Shown: piece after piece, positions 9,110-18,243 of the stretch
Layout of the letters: each line of letters begins with the position of its first letter
Numbering within the stretch: the first letter of the stretch is position 1
DNA from: Burkholderiaceae bacterium
Lineage (GTDB): Bacteria > Pseudomonadota > Gammaproteobacteria > Burkholderiales > Burkholderiaceae_C
Assembly: GCA_046155225.1 (NCBI GenBank)
Contig: JBJXED010000039.1
Location: forward strand, 3,742-67,741
DNA: 64,000 bases
Direction of reading: 5' to 3'
The notes under the pieces: generated by a model
What the model saw: only the letters and a program-made list of their open reading frames with translations
The model's database searches: none
Told to the model about the DNA's origin: nothing
Made by a program: the position numbers and the translations under genes

Positions 9110-11095
9110 ATGAGTGCCATTGAATCGACACTGGTTGAAAGCCGCGTGTTCCCTCCGTCGGAAGCCATTGTTGCCGCTGCGCGAATCTCGGGCATGGGTG
9201 CCTACCATGCGTTGTGTACCGAGGCGGAGCAAGACTTTGAGGGTTTCTGGGCTCGCCTGGCGCGCGAGAATGTGGTCTGGAGCAAGACTTTCACCCAGAC
9301 CCTGGACGAGTCCAATGCGCCTTTCTACCAGTGGTTTGCCGATGGCGAGCTGAACGCCAGTGCCAACTGCCTCGACAAGCACATGGGCACGCCTGTCGAG
9401 CACAAAACCGCCATCATTTTTGAAGCTGACGACGGCGAGGTGACCACAGTCACCTACAAAGAGTTGTTGGCCCGCGTGAGCCAGTTCGCCAATGCGCTCA
9501 AAGCCCAAGGCATTCAAAAAGGTGACCGCGTCATCATCTACATGCCCATGACCATTGAGGGCGTGGTGGCCATGCAAGCCTGCGCCCGCATCGGCGCGAC
9601 GCACAGCGTGGTGTTTGGCGGCTTCTCGGCCAAGGCGCTCAACGAGCGCATTATTGATGCCGGTGCGGTAGCGGTGATTACCGCCAACTACCAGATGCGC
9701 GGCGGCAAAGAGCTGCCGCTCAAATCCATCGTCGATGAAGGCCTGGACCTGGGCGGCTGCACCACGCTCAAAAACGTGCTGGTCTACATGCGCACACCCA
9801 CTGTTTGCAACATGACCCCTGGCCGCGACAAAACCTTTGCCGAGGCGCTCTCAGGCCAAAGCACCGAATGCGTGCCCTTGCAAGTGGGTGCCGAGCACCC
9901 GCTGTTTATTTTGTATACCTCGGGCTCCACCGGCAAACCCAAGGGGGTACAGCACTCCACCGGCGGCTATTTGCTGTGGACCAAGCTCACCATGGACTGG
10001 ACTTTTGACATCCAGCCGTCCGACGTGTTCTGGTGTACTGCCGACATCGGCTGGATCACTGGCCACAGTTATGTCGCTTACGGACCACTGGCGGCCGGCA
10101 CCACGCAAGTGGTGTTTGAGGGGGTGCCCACCTACCCGAACGCCGGGCGCTTCTGGCAAACGATTGAGCGGCACAAAGTCAGCGTGTTCTACACCGCACC
10201 CACAGCGATTCGTTCGCTCATTAAAGCCGCTGAAGCAGACGAGAAAGTCCACCCTGCCCGCAGCAACCTCAGTAGCCTGCGCATCCTCGGCAGCGTGGGC
10301 GAGCCGATCAACCCCGAAGCCTGGATGTGGTACTACAAGCATGTGGGCGGCGAGCGCTGCCCGATTGTGGACACCTTCTGGCAGACCGAAACCGGTGGCC
10401 ACATGATCACGCCGCTGCCTGGTGCCACGCCACTGGTGCCGGGTTCGTGCACGCTGCCGCTGCCCGGCATCATGATGGCCGTGGTGGATGAAACCGGCAA
10501 AGACATTCCCAATGGCTCCGGCGGCAACTTGGTGATGAAGCGCCCCTGGCCCAGCATGATCCGCACCATCTGGGGCGACCCGGAGCGTTTCAAGAAAAGC
10601 TATTTCCCGGAAGAAATGGGCGGCACCACGTATCTGGCGGGCGACGGCGCGGTGCGCAATGTGGACAACGGCTATTTCCGCATCACCGGCCGTATTGACG
10701 ATGTGCTCAACGTCTCCGGCCACCGCATGGGCACGATGGAAATTGAATCGGCGCTGGTGAGCAAAACTGATTTGGTGGCCGAAGCCGCCGTGGTCGGCCG
10801 CCCCGACGATTTGACTGGCGAGGCCATCTGCGCCTTTGTGGTCTTGAAGCGCAGCCGCCCCACTGGCGAAGAAGCCAAGCAAATCGCCAAAGAACTGCGC
10901 GACTGGGTGGCCAAAGAAATCGGGCCGATTGCCAAGCCCAAAGACATCCGCTTTGGCGACAACCTGCCCAAGACCCGCAGCGGCAAAATCATGCGGCGCT
11001 TGCTGCGCAGCATTGCCAAGGGCGAGGCGATTACGCAGGACACCAGCACACTGGAGAACCCGGCGATATTGGAGCAGCTGGCCGAGAAGCTGTAG
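9110..11095 (+). CDS. acs: Acetyl-CoA synthetase
   Basis: 661 aa with the AMP-binding motif [19 protein letters not shown]-like FWQTETGG, and C-terminal [12 protein letters not shown]. Confidence 0.96.
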   Translation: MSAIESTLVESRVFPPSEAIVAAARISGMGAYHALCTEAEQDFEGFWARLARENVVWSKTFTQTLDESNAPFYQWFADGELNASANCLDKHMGTPVEHKTAIIFEADDGEVTTVTYKELLARVSQFANALKAQGIQKGDRVIIYMPMTIEGVVAMQACARIGATHSVVFGGFSAKALNERIIDAGAVAVITANYQMRGGKELPLKSIVDEGLDLGGCTTLKNVLVYMRTPTVCNMTPGRDKTFAEALSGQSTECVPLQVGAEHPLFILYTSGSTGKPKGVQHSTGGYLLWTKLTMDWTFDIQPSDVFWCTADIGWITGHSYVAYGPLAAGTTQVVFEGVPTYPNAGRFWQTIERHKVSVFYTAPTAIRSLIKAAEADEKVHPARSNLSSLRILGSVGEPINPEAWMWYYKHVGGERCPIVDTFWQTETGGHMITPLPGATPLVPGSCTLPLPGIMMAVVDETGKDIPNGSGGNLVMKRPWPSMIRTIWGDPERFKKSYFPEEMGGTTYLAGDGAVRNVDNGYFRITGRIDDVLNVSGHRMGTMEIESALVSKTDLVAEAAVVGRPDDLTGEAICAFVVLKRSRPTGEEAKQIAKELRDWVAKEIGPIAKPKDIRFGDNLPKTRSGKIMRRLLRSIAKGEAITQDTSTLENPAILEQLAEKL

Positions 11096-11102
11096 CCAGA
11101 TG

Positions 11103-11243
11103 GCTAGTGGCAATGCTGTCACGCAGGGTGTGTACCGATACCTGACGCTCTGGGGCCAGCATCGTCAAAGTGTTTGTAACGAATGACCTCCCGCGCCTGC
11201 TCCAGCAGGTGCGGGGACTGGGAAAGATAGACGACGGCTTCAT
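11103..11243 (-). pseudogene. intI: Integron-integrase (IntI) N-terminal remnant, frameshifted and truncated after about 50 codons
   Basis: Minus-strand frames read MKPSSIFPS / SPHLLEQAREVIRYKHF / APERQVSVHTLRDSIATSH. From memory, IntI1 reads [33 protein letters not shown]. The fragment runs into the acs stop. Confidence 0.5.
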
Positions 11244-11397
11244 AGATAGGAAAACATGTTTAAAAACACGGTGTTCACATCAAAAAGCCAGCTGTCATGC
11301 GGTTTGCAAGCCCCATCGAAGTTGGGCCGTCAAATGACTTGTCAGCTTATTTCGTTGGATAAACTGGGTATTCAGGTTATCCGACGGTCCAAATTAA

Positions 11398-11404
11398 GTT
11401 AAGT
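11398..11404 (+). other. attI-type recombination core GTTAAGT (GTTRRRY)
   Basis: Lies 155 bp from the intI stub start and faces away from it. The following bases TTAAGTCTC are the exact inverted complement of GAGACTTAA at the end of cassette ORF 1. Confidence 0.45.
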
Positions 11405-11414
11405 CTCAAAACCC

Positions 11415-11861
11415 ATGGCTGCCCGCGTTAGCGTTGTTCCGTCTGAAGACGCTTACTGGTCCGAAGTGCAAGCACTGAAGGGGTCTTACGAGTTTTTCGA
11501 GACGCAGGGCGACGCCCACGGGGACATTGATGGGGAACTCCAGGAAGCGATCGAAAGCAACTTGGTTCCGCTCGTTGGCCCCTGGGAGTGCTCTGATGTC
11601 TGGTTCCACAATCAGGACTTCTACGGTGACGGAGTGCGTGCGCTGACGTTTCGTGCCGGGGATTTTCCTTGGCAGGCCGTCGACTCATTGCAGAAGCTGC
11701 TGGTGAACCGAGCGGCCCGGTTCTGCATTTCTATACATATCACTGACAAGCTGGATGCGAATGGTCAGTGGCTAGGTTCCATGGGCATACTTGAACACGA
11801 AATCGTGGCAACCCCCTACACATTTGAAATGCTTCTCCATCATGGCTGCGTTGAGACTTAA
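11415..11861 (+). CDS. Cassette ORF 1, hypothetical protein (148 aa)
   Basis: ATG is 17 nt after the GTTAAGT core, and the stop TAA lies inside the 1L box ACTTAAC. I recognise no family. Confidence 0.6.
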   Translation: MAARVSVVPSEDAYWSEVQALKGSYEFFETQGDAHGDIDGELQEAIESNLVPLVGPWECSDVWFHNQDFYGDGVRALTFRAGDFPWQAVDSLQKLLVNRAARFCISIHITDKLDANGQWLGSMGILEHEIVATPYTFEMLLHHGCVET

Positions 11862-11945
11862 CATGCCCGTCAACACGGACGCCCGCAGGCGTCTGCTCCC
11901 TTCGGTCGCACTGGTTTGCGGTCGCCGGTTACGTCCAAGTTAAAC
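11856..11945 (+). other. attC site (about 90 bp) of cassette 1
   Basis: 1L ACTTAAC, 5 nt, 2L CGTCAAC ... 2R GGTTACG, 5 nt, 1R GTTAAAC. The arms form an imperfect palindrome with one unpaired base in 2L, as in canonical attC. Confidence 0.55.
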
Positions 11946-11987
11946 ATCGCAAGCGCCCCTCGTCATCCCCCTTTCAGGAGCAATTCC

Positions 11988-12434
11988 ATGTCCACTCGCA
12001 CCGTTCGTCTTCACAGAGTCCTGCGTACCAAGCCCGAGAAGGTCTATCGCGCGTTCCTCGAGGCGCAAGCCATGGCAAAGTGGCTGCCACCGTACGGCTT
12101 CACCTGCACGGTGCACCACATGGACGCCCGCGTCGGCGGCACTTTCAGAATGTCGTTCCATAACTTTTCAACAGGCAACGCTCACTCATTCGGTGGCGAA
12201 TACCTGGAGCTGGTTCCCAATGAGCGCATCCGATACACCGACAGGTTTGAAGACCCGAACTTGCCCGGCGTTCTTGAAGTAACGGTATTTCTGACGCCGG
12301 TCCTTTGTGGAACAGAACTCAACGTCACTCAGTCCGGCATCCCCGAGGCCATTCCGCTGGAAATGTGCTACCTGGGCTGGCAAGAATCCCTGGCTCAGCT
12401 CGCAACACTTGTCGAGCCTGAAATCCCAGGCTAA
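11988..12434 (+). CDS. SRPBCC (Aha1/START-like) domain protein, cassette-like ORF 2
   Basis: MSTRTVRLHRVLRTKPEKVYRAFLEAQAMAKWLPP ... GGEYLELVPNERIRYT is typical of the AHSA1/SRPBCC family. CAGGAG RBS 7 nt upstream. The stop lies inside GGCTAAC. Confidence 0.8.
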   Translation: MSTRTVRLHRVLRTKPEKVYRAFLEAQAMAKWLPPYGFTCTVHHMDARVGGTFRMSFHNFSTGNAHSFGGEYLELVPNERIRYTDRFEDPNLPGVLEVTVFLTPVLCGTELNVTQSGIPEAIPLEMCYLGWQESLAQLATLVEPEIPG

Positions 12435-12437
12435 CAA

Positions 12438-12471
12438 TAAAAAACCCGCTGCAGTGCAGCGGGTTTTTTTG
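12438..12471. terminator. Bidirectional rho-independent terminator between ORF 2 and the convergent cytochrome c gene
   Basis: AAAAAACCCGCTGCA-G-TGCAGCGGGTTTTTTT: a perfect GC-rich stem flanked by an A-run and a T-run. Confidence 0.7.
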
Positions 12472-12500
12472 TGGTGGCGTGTTTGGGTTTGAAGCGCGAC

Positions 12501-12806
12501 TTACTTGGTGGCCAGAATCCAGGTCACCAGTTTCTTGGCTTCAGCCTCGCTCACCTGCGCATTGGCCGGCATGGGGATGGGTCCCCAGACGCCCATACCG
12601 CCCTTGACGACTTTGGCGGCCAGCTTGTCCACTGCGGATTTGTCACTGGCGTATTTGGCGGCCACATCCTTGTAGGAAGGGCCGACCACTTTTTTGTCCA
12701 CCGCGTGGCAGGCCATGCAGTTTTTCGAGGTGGCCAGGGCTTGATCAGCCCAGGCAGGGCTGGCCAGCGCGGCAGCGCTGAGGAGGGCAAAAAGAATGCT
12801 TTTCAT
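12501..12806 (-). CDS. Small soluble cytochrome c (c551/c552 class)
   Basis: 101 aa from the internal ATG. Signal peptide MKSILFALLSAAALASPAWA, haem motif CMACH, and distal Met in GGMGVWGPIPMP. Confidence 0.85.
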   Translation of the reverse strand: MKSILFALLSAAALASPAWADQALATSKNCMACHAVDKKVVGPSYKDVAAKYASDKSAVDKLAAKVVKGGMGVWGPIPMPANAQVSEAEAKKLVTWILATK

Positions 12807-12928
12807 GGGGTTATTCCTTTGAACAGGCGGGGCTTGAAAAACGGGCCTTGCGCTACAGTTCCTTAACGCAATTGTAGGCAGCGCGGTTGACTTGGCAGGT
12901 TGGCGGCTGCAAAACCTAGCCGGAGGCA

Positions 12929-13177
12929 GTGATGTTTTTCTTGATCTTGGGTGTGGCCTTGGTTTTGATGAAATACCTGGAAGTGACCCCTGTGGTGACG
13001 GGGCTGAGCTGGTGGCTGGTGTTGCTGCCGTTTGGTTTGGCGATGGCGTGGTGGTGGTTTGCCGACAGCACCGGCTTGACCAAACGCCAGCAGATGGAAA
13101 AAGAACAGAAGAAAAAGCAGAACCGCGTTGACAAACAGCGTGAAGCGATGGGTTTGCTGCCGAAGAAAAAGCGTTGA
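12929..13177 (+). CDS. Small Trp-rich membrane protein (resembles the TIGR04438 family)
   Basis: 82 aa with two TM segments, LSWWLVLLPFGLAMAWWWFAD, then a basic tail KRQQMEKEQKKKQNRVDKQREAMG. Confidence 0.7.
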   Translation: MMFFLILGVALVLMKYLEVTPVVTGLSWWLVLLPFGLAMAWWWFADSTGLTKRQQMEKEQKKKQNRVDKQREAMGLLPKKKR

Positions 13178-13214
13178 ACTGGCCGCCGGGAGGGCTACAT
13201 AGCCCGAAGTTCCA

Positions 13215-13281
13215 TTTTTTGAAGTGCTTTAGGGCTGTAGCCAAGGTGTTTATTGCCGGTGCCGCTATATGTTTTGAAGCG
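13215..13281 (+). repeat. AT-rich repeat family, copy B (overlaps the xthA 3' end)
   Basis: TTTTTTGAAGTGCTTTAGGGCTGTAGCCAAGGTGTTTATTGCCGGTGCCGCTATATGTTTTGAAGC. Confidence 0.75.
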
Positions 13282-14050
13282 TCAAGACCACGGGCGTATG
13301 GTCACTCGGGCGTTCATTTTTGCGCGGGGTTTTGTCAATGACGCAGCTTTGCGCGCGGGGCCGCAGCGCCTGGCTGATCAAAATGTGGTCAATGCGCAGC
13401 CCGCGGTTGCGGCGGAAGGCCATCTCGCGGTAGTCCCACCAGCTGTAGCTTTTGGGCGGTTGCTCAAACAGCCGCAAGCTGTCGCACAGCCCCAGGCTCA
13501 CCAGCGCACGCAGGTGGTTGCGTTCCTCGGTGGTGCAGTGGATTTGCTCCAGCATGCCCACCGGGTCCCACACATCGAGGTCGTCAAAGGTGATGTTGTA
13601 GTCGCCCATCAGCACCAGGTGTGGGTGCAGCGCCAACTCGCCCTGCAACCATTCGCGCAGGGCGCGCAGCCAGCGCATTTTGTAGTCAAACTTGTCGGTG
13701 CCGGGGGCTTGGCCGTTGGGAAAGTAGGCGCCGACGACGCGCACGCCCGCCACCGTGGCGGAGATGACGCGGGCCATGTCGTCGGCGAATCCGGGGATGT
13801 TGTTCACCACGTCCAGCGCCGGCGTTTTGGACAGCAGTGCCACGCCGTTGTAGGTTTTCTGGCCAAAGAATGCCACCTGGTAGCCGGCAGCTTCAATCGC
13901 CTCGCGGGGAAACTTGTCGTCGGTGGTTTTGGTTTCCTGCAGCGCCAGCACGTCAATCGCCGCGCCTGCGGCCTCTTGCGCGGCCAGCCAGTCGAGTACC
14001 TGCGGCAGCCGCACGGTGAGCGAATTCACGTTCCAGGTGGCTAATTTCAT
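13265..14050 (-). CDS. xthA: Exodeoxyribonuclease III
   Basis: MKLATWNVNSL start, with QETK, ...GDYNI..., and SDHTPVV near the C-terminus. The 7-codon TTG-initiated extension in the ORF track lies in repeat copy C and is rejected. Confidence 0.9.
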   Translation of the reverse strand: MKLATWNVNSLTVRLPQVLDWLAAQEAAGAAIDVLALQETKTTDDKFPREAIEAAGYQVAFFGQKTYNGVALLSKTPALDVVNNIPGFADDMARVISATVAGVRVVGAYFPNGQAPGTDKFDYKMRWLRALREWLQGELALHPHLVLMGDYNITFDDLDVWDPVGMLEQIHCTTEERNHLRALVSLGLCDSLRLFEQPPKSYSWWDYREMAFRRNRGLRIDHILISQALRPRAQSCVIDKTPRKNERPSDHTPVVLTLQNI

Positions 14051-14111
14051 GCTGTTTTGGCCTGTAGCCAAGGTTTTGTTTGCCGGTAGTGCTATTGAAT
14101 TGATACTTGCG
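14045..14111 (+). repeat. AT-rich repeat family, copy C (abuts the xthA start)
   Basis: GCTGTTTTGGCCTGTAGCCAAGGTTTTGTTTGCCGGTAGTGCTATTGAATTGATACTTGCG. Confidence 0.75.
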
Positions 14112-14131
14112 AGGGCCTACGCACGGCGTGT

Positions 14132-14641
14132 TTATGCAGGCGGCTGCACGTGCGCAGGGCGGTAGTGGACGATTTCCAGGCGCAGCCCGCTGGCGCTCTG
14201 AACCTCCTGCCGCTGCGTAACCTGCCATTGGCCTGGCGGCAGCGGCGGCGCAAAGGCGTCGCCCACGGCGGCGGTGTCCACGTGCGTCACCACAATTTCA
14301 TGGGCCTGCGGCAGCGCCAGCGCATACAGCTGCGCCCCGCCAATGACCCAGGCGGTGGCTGCGCCGGCGCACAGTTCAAGGGCTTGCGCCAGTGAATGCG
14401 CCCGCAGCGCGCCGCGGGCCTGCCAGTCGGCCTGGCGCGTCACCACGATGTTGCTGCGCCCCGGCAGCGGGCGAAATTGCGGCGGCAAGCCGTCCCAGGT
14501 CTTGCGCCCCATGATGACCGGGCAGCCGAGCGTCGTGCGCTTGAAATGCGCCAGGTCTTCGGGCAGGTGCCAGGGCAGCGCGCCCTGGTTGCCGATGACG
14601 CCATGGCGCGATTGCGCCCAAATCAAGTTCAGCTGCGTCAT
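14132..14641 (-). CDS. folA: Dihydrofolate reductase
   Basis: From the internal ATG: MTQLNLIWAQSRHGVIGNQGALPWHLPEDLAHFKRTTLGCPVIMGRKTW. Lies 4 nt downstream of thyA. Confidence 0.9.
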   Translation of the reverse strand: MTQLNLIWAQSRHGVIGNQGALPWHLPEDLAHFKRTTLGCPVIMGRKTWDGLPPQFRPLPGRSNIVVTRQADWQARGALRAHSLAQALELCAGAATAWVIGGAQLYALALPQAHEIVVTHVDTAAVGDAFAPPLPPGQWQVTQRQEVQSASGLRLEIVHYRPAHVQPPA

Positions 14642-14645
14642 GTCT

Positions 14646-15500
14646 TCATACCGCCACGGGCGCCTTGATCGCGTCGTGGTGCTGGTAGCCCAGCACTTCA
14701 AAGTCCTCGTAGGCGTAGTCAAAAATGCTCGCGGGCTGGCGCTTGATGTGGAGCTGGGGGTAAGGGTAGGGCGCGCGGCTGAGCTGCAGGGCAACCTGCT
14801 CGGCATGGTTACTGTAGATGTGGCAGTCGCCGCCAGTCCAGATAAAGTCGCCGACCGCCAGGCCGCACTGCTGCGCCACCATGTGCGTGAGCAGCGCGTA
14901 GCTGGCGATGTTGAACGGAACGCCCAGGAAAATGTCGGCGCTGCGTTGGTACAGCTGGCAGCTCAGCTTGCCGGGCATGCCTTCGGTCTGCGAGGGGGCA
15001 ACGTAGAACTGGAAGAAGGCGTGGCACGGCATCAGCGCCATTTTGGACAGGTCGGCCACATTCCAGGCGCTGACGATGATGCGGCGCGAATCGGGGTTGG
15101 TCTTGAGGGTGTTGATGACTTCGGCGATCTGGTCGATATGCCCACCCTCCGGGGTAGGCCAGCTGCGCCACTGCACGCCGTAGACCGGGCCCAAGTCACC
15201 GTCCGGCCCCGCCCATTCGTCCCAAATGCTGACGCCGCGCTCTTTGAGCCACTGGTTGTTCGACGAACCTTGCAGGAACCACAGCAGCTCCAGGATGATG
15301 GATTTGAGGTGCACTTTCTTGGTGGTGACGAGCGGGAAGCCCTCGCTCAAATCAAAGCGCATCTGGTGGCCGAAAACGCTTTGGGTGCCCGTGCCGGTGC
15401 GGTCGGCTTTGTACACGCCGTGCTTGGCCACGTGGCGCATGAAGTCTTCGTATTGGGAGCGGGCGGGGCGATTGCTTGCCGTTACTGGGGTTGCAGTCAT
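14646..15500 (-). CDS. thyA: Thymidylate synthase
   Basis: 284 aa with DRTGTGT, catalytic-Cys motif [12 protein letters not shown], and the C-terminal ...KAPVAV family ending. Confidence 0.96.
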   Translation of the reverse strand: MTATPVTASNRPARSQYEDFMRHVAKHGVYKADRTGTGTQSVFGHQMRFDLSEGFPLVTTKKVHLKSIILELLWFLQGSSNNQWLKERGVSIWDEWAGPDGDLGPVYGVQWRSWPTPEGGHIDQIAEVINTLKTNPDSRRIIVSAWNVADLSKMALMPCHAFFQFYVAPSQTEGMPGKLSCQLYQRSADIFLGVPFNIASYALLTHMVAQQCGLAVGDFIWTGGDCHIYSNHAEQVALQLSRAPYPYPQLHIKRQPASIFDYAYEDFEVLGYQHHDAIKAPVAV

Positions 15501-15688
15501 CAGTAACTTTCAAAAAAATATGTGCTGCCTATTCTGTCATGCACCAAGCTCTGTTGCCGGGTGCGTCAGGACGATGTTGCGAGGTTGAGGTAGAGTTTTT
15601 CTCGCGTAAACGGCGGCGGCGAAACGATCGGCAGCCGCCACCGGCATTCCCGCCGTGATAATTCAAGTCAGCCATATATCCCAATCTC

Positions 15689-16144
15689 ATGACCCCCGCC
15701 CTTGACCCCAACAGCATCACGCACGGCATTCAGTTGGCGGTGGCACCGGTGTTTCTGCTCACCGCCGTTTCGGGAATGATTGGTGCGGTGGCAAGCCGGC
15801 TGGCGCGCATCATTGACCGGGCGCGCGCCGTGGAGGAGGCGGCCAGTGCCTCGGCCGATGCCGAGTTTTTATCGCGTGCAATCACTGAGCTCGGCGAGCT
15901 TCGGCTGCGTGGCCAGCTTGCCAATGGCTGCATCGCGCTGCTGACGTTTTGCGCATTTTTGATTGGCCTGACCATCATTTTCCTGTTCTTGGGCGAGACC
16001 ACGGCGTTTCAAAGCGCGCGCTGGGCGGTGATCGGGTTTTTGTCGGGTGTGGCCAGTTTTATGCTCGCGCTGCTGTGCTTTCTGACAGAAACCGTGATTG
16101 CCACGCGGGTGCTGAATTTCCAGTTGCTGACCCGACGCCCCTAG
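15689..16144 (+). CDS. DUF2721-like membrane protein
   Basis: 151 aa. IQLAVAPVFLLTAVSGMIGAVASRLARIIDRAR is followed by two more TM helices, the family pattern as I recall it. Confidence 0.65.
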   Translation: MTPALDPNSITHGIQLAVAPVFLLTAVSGMIGAVASRLARIIDRARAVEEAASASADAEFLSRAITELGELRLRGQLANGCIALLTFCAFLIGLTIIFLFLGETTAFQSARWAVIGFLSGVASFMLALLCFLTETVIATRVLNFQLLTRRP

Positions 16145-16155
16145 CGAGTTGATGC

Positions 16156-16536
16156 ATGAAAGGCATGGCATCGCTGGGCGGCTTGGTGTACTCCACGGGC
16201 GTGGGGCGCATGTGCCCGGCGTGCCGGCAAGCCGCGCCGCAATGCGTGTGCAAGCAGGCACAGTCAGCGCCTTTAGGTGATGGGGTTGTGCGGGTGTCGC
16301 GCGAGACCAAAGGGCGCGGCGGCAAGGCGGTGACATTGGTCAAAGGTGTGCAGGTATTGCGCGGCGCGCCCGTGGATGCGGCCGCATTGGCCGAACTGGG
16401 CAAGCAGCTCAAAGCCCTTTGCGGGGCGGGCGGTACGGTCAAGGACGGCGTGATTGAAGTGCAGGGTGACCATGCCGAGCGGGTGGCGGCAGCGCTGAAA
16501 GCCAGGGGATTCAGCGTCAAACATGCAGGGGGCTGA
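16156..16536 (+). CDS. yciH: SUI1/YciH-type translation initiation factor homologue
   Basis: N-terminal CPAC...C.C cysteine cluster, then VRVSRETKGRGGKAVTLVKG and GGTVKDGVIEVQGDH. Confidence 0.8.
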   Translation: MKGMASLGGLVYSTGVGRMCPACRQAAPQCVCKQAQSAPLGDGVVRVSRETKGRGGKAVTLVKGVQVLRGAPVDAAALAELGKQLKALCGAGGTVKDGVIEVQGDHAERVAAALKARGFSVKHAGG

Positions 16537-16612
16537 CGTTTCTTGCCCACCGCCGCATAATCAGCCCCCCCGCATCCCGACCGGTTGGGGAGCACTGCCA
16601 CGAAAGCACTTT

Positions 16613-16936
16613 ATGAAAAAAACATTCCCACTTCAGGTGCAAGGCAAGCACCCGGACCGCGTGCTTGAGGCCATCAAGCACGAGGTGCGCAAATACATCA
16701 GGCGCGAGCGTCGGCGCGCCTTGCCAGGCGGCGTGGATTTTTTGGACTTTGACTGCAAATTTGGCCCCACCCAGGAAACTGCGCAGCTGGTGCACCTGGC
16801 GGCGCTGACAGGTTTGATGGATGGCGCTGCGCAAGCGTCGGCAGCGCAGTTTTATGTGGAAATTCTGGGCAAGCCGGGGCACCGAAAACCCAAGGTGACC
16901 AGTGATGCCGCGCCCTTGACGCAGGCTGCTAGCTAG
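16613..16936 (+). CDS. Conserved basic hypothetical protein (possibly DUF6172)
   Basis: From the internal ATG: MKKTFPLQVQGKHPDRVLEAIKHEVRKYIRRERRRALPGGVDFLDFDCKFG. The family name is from memory and tentative. Confidence 0.6.
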   Translation: MKKTFPLQVQGKHPDRVLEAIKHEVRKYIRRERRRALPGGVDFLDFDCKFGPTQETAQLVHLAALTGLMDGAAQASAAQFYVEILGKPGHRKPKVTSDAAPLTQAAS

Positions 16937-16939
16937 CCT

Positions 16940-18241
16940 TTAGTGGGCTTGATCTGCGGCCACCGCCTGGGCGGCACGCAATTTGTCTTTTTTGCTGGGG
17001 CGTTTGCCTTTGATGCCGCCAGTACCGGGCACCGGGGCTAAATCCGGGTGGCTGGCTTGTATTTCCTTGGGTTCGAAACCGGCAATCTGCTCACGCGGCA
17101 AGGACAGCTGCTGGCGTTTTTCAATCAGACGGAAATGCGCTTCGGTGTCGGCACTGACAAAGCTGATAGCTAGACCGGCCTCGCCTGCGCGGCCGGTGCG
17201 GCCCATGCGGTGCACATAGTCCACGGCAGAGCGGGGCAGGTCGTAGTTCACCACCACTGGCAGTTGCACGATGTCGATGCCGCGCGCGGCCAGGTCGGTG
17301 GTGACCAGCACGTCCCAGCGGTCGGCTTTGAACTCGGCCAACGCCTGCGTGCGTGCGCCCTGGCTCAGACCGCCGTGGAACGGGGTGGCAAAAATCCCGG
17401 TTTTGTAGAGCTTTTCAGCCAGGTGTTCGGCGGCGTATTGGGTGGCGACAAACACCAGCACACGCTGGTAGCCATGGGTTTTGATGAGGTGGCGCAGCAG
17501 CGGCGTGCGCAGTGCGGCATCGACTTGAATCACGCGCTGCTCAATGGCCAGGGGCACGGATGTGGCAGGGCTTGCGCTGTGCGTGATTTCAAGGCAGGCG
17601 GGTTCATGCAAAAAGGTGTGCGCCAGCGACTGGATTGCGGGCGGGAAGGTGGCTGAGAAAAGCAGGGTCTGCCGCTGTGCAGGCAGCAATGCCAGTACCC
17701 GGTGCAATTCTTCGGCAAAGCCCAAGTCGAGCAGCCGGTCAGCTTCGTCGAGCACCAGCATCTGCACGGCGGCCAGCGTCAGGGCATTGTGGCCTGCCAG
17801 GTCGAGCAGGCGCCCAGGGGTGGCGATCACCACATCGGCGCCGCCGCGCAAGGCCATCATTTGCGGGTTGATCGATACGCCGCCAAAGAGCGTGGCCACT
17901 TTGACTGACTGCGGCAGGTGCCGCGCCAGGCTGCGGATGACTTCGCCCACTTGCGCCGCTAGTTCGCGTGTGGGTACCACCACGAGCCCGCGCAGCTGGC
18001 GCGGCGTCCCTGGCGCGCCCATTTGCAGGCTTTGCAGCAGGGGCAGGGCATACGACGCGGTTTTGCCCGAGCCTGTGGGTGCTGACGCCAACACGTCAGC
18101 ACCGCGCAGCGCAGCGGGAATGGCCTGTACCTGAACGGGTGTGGGGGCGGTGAATCCCAGCGCTGCGGCGGCCCCGGCCAACTCGGGCGACAGGCCAAGG
18201 GCTGAAAAAGTTAAGGCCAACGGGACGGATATTGCTATCAA
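16940..18241 (-). CDS. rhlE: DEAD-box ATP-dependent RNA helicase (RhlE-like)
   Basis: Q-motif F..LGL...PTPVQ, Walker A APTGSGKT, DEAD (LVLDEAD), SAT, and HRMGRTGRAG, with a basic C-terminal tail. The start is uncertain: TTG at 18241 or 18220. Confidence 0.9.
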   Translation of the reverse strand: MIAISVPLALTFSALGLSPELAGAAAALGFTAPTPVQVQAIPAALRGADVLASAPTGSGKTASYALPLLQSLQMGAPGTPRQLRGLVVVPTRELAAQVGEVIRSLARHLPQSVKVATLFGGVSINPQMMALRGGADVVIATPGRLLDLAGHNALTLAAVQMLVLDEADRLLDLGFAEELHRVLALLPAQRQTLLFSATFPPAIQSLAHTFLHEPACLEITHSASPATSVPLAIEQRVIQVDAALRTPLLRHLIKTHGYQRVLVFVATQYAAEHLAEKLYKTGIFATPFHGGLSQGARTQALAEFKADRWDVLVTTDLAARGIDIVQLPVVVNYDLPRSAVDYVHRMGRTGRAGEAGLAISFVSADTEAHFRLIEKRQQLSLPREQIAGFEPKEIQASHPDLAPVPGTGGIKGKRPSKKDKLRAAQAVAADQAH

Positions 18242-18243
18242 AA

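Larger units (their letters stand above)
11103..12471. mobile_element. Degenerate integron: delta-intI stub, attI-type core, cassette 1 with attC, cassette-like ORF 2
   Basis: See the component features below and finding 1. Confidence 0.55.

Noticed and set aside
9851-11122. 423-aa ORF antisense to acs
   Set aside because: A shadow ORF typical of high-GC DNA. It is Arg/Ala/Gly/His-rich nonsense with no motifs and is fully overlapped by the well-supported acs gene.
12429-12500. A second complete attC site after the SRPBCC ORF
   Set aside because: GGCTAAC overlapping the stop codon looks like a 1L box. What follows is a perfect short hairpin with a T-run (a terminator), and I can find no 2L/2R boxes and no GTTRRRY 1R. 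The best candidates, GTTTGGG and GTTTGAA, violate the consensus. The right-hand end of the array is therefore left undefined.
12807-13244. 146-codon N-terminal extension of the cytochrome c ORF (TTG start at 13244)
   Set aside because: It is Pro/Ser/Thr/Arg-rich and overlaps the Trp-rich protein gene on the other strand. The signal peptide and RBS fit the internal ATG.
13265-14071. The longer xthA ORF starting at TTG 14071 (MATGQNS…)
   Set aside because: The extra seven codons are encoded by repeat copy C. The family-typical MKLATWNVNS start at 14050 is preferred.
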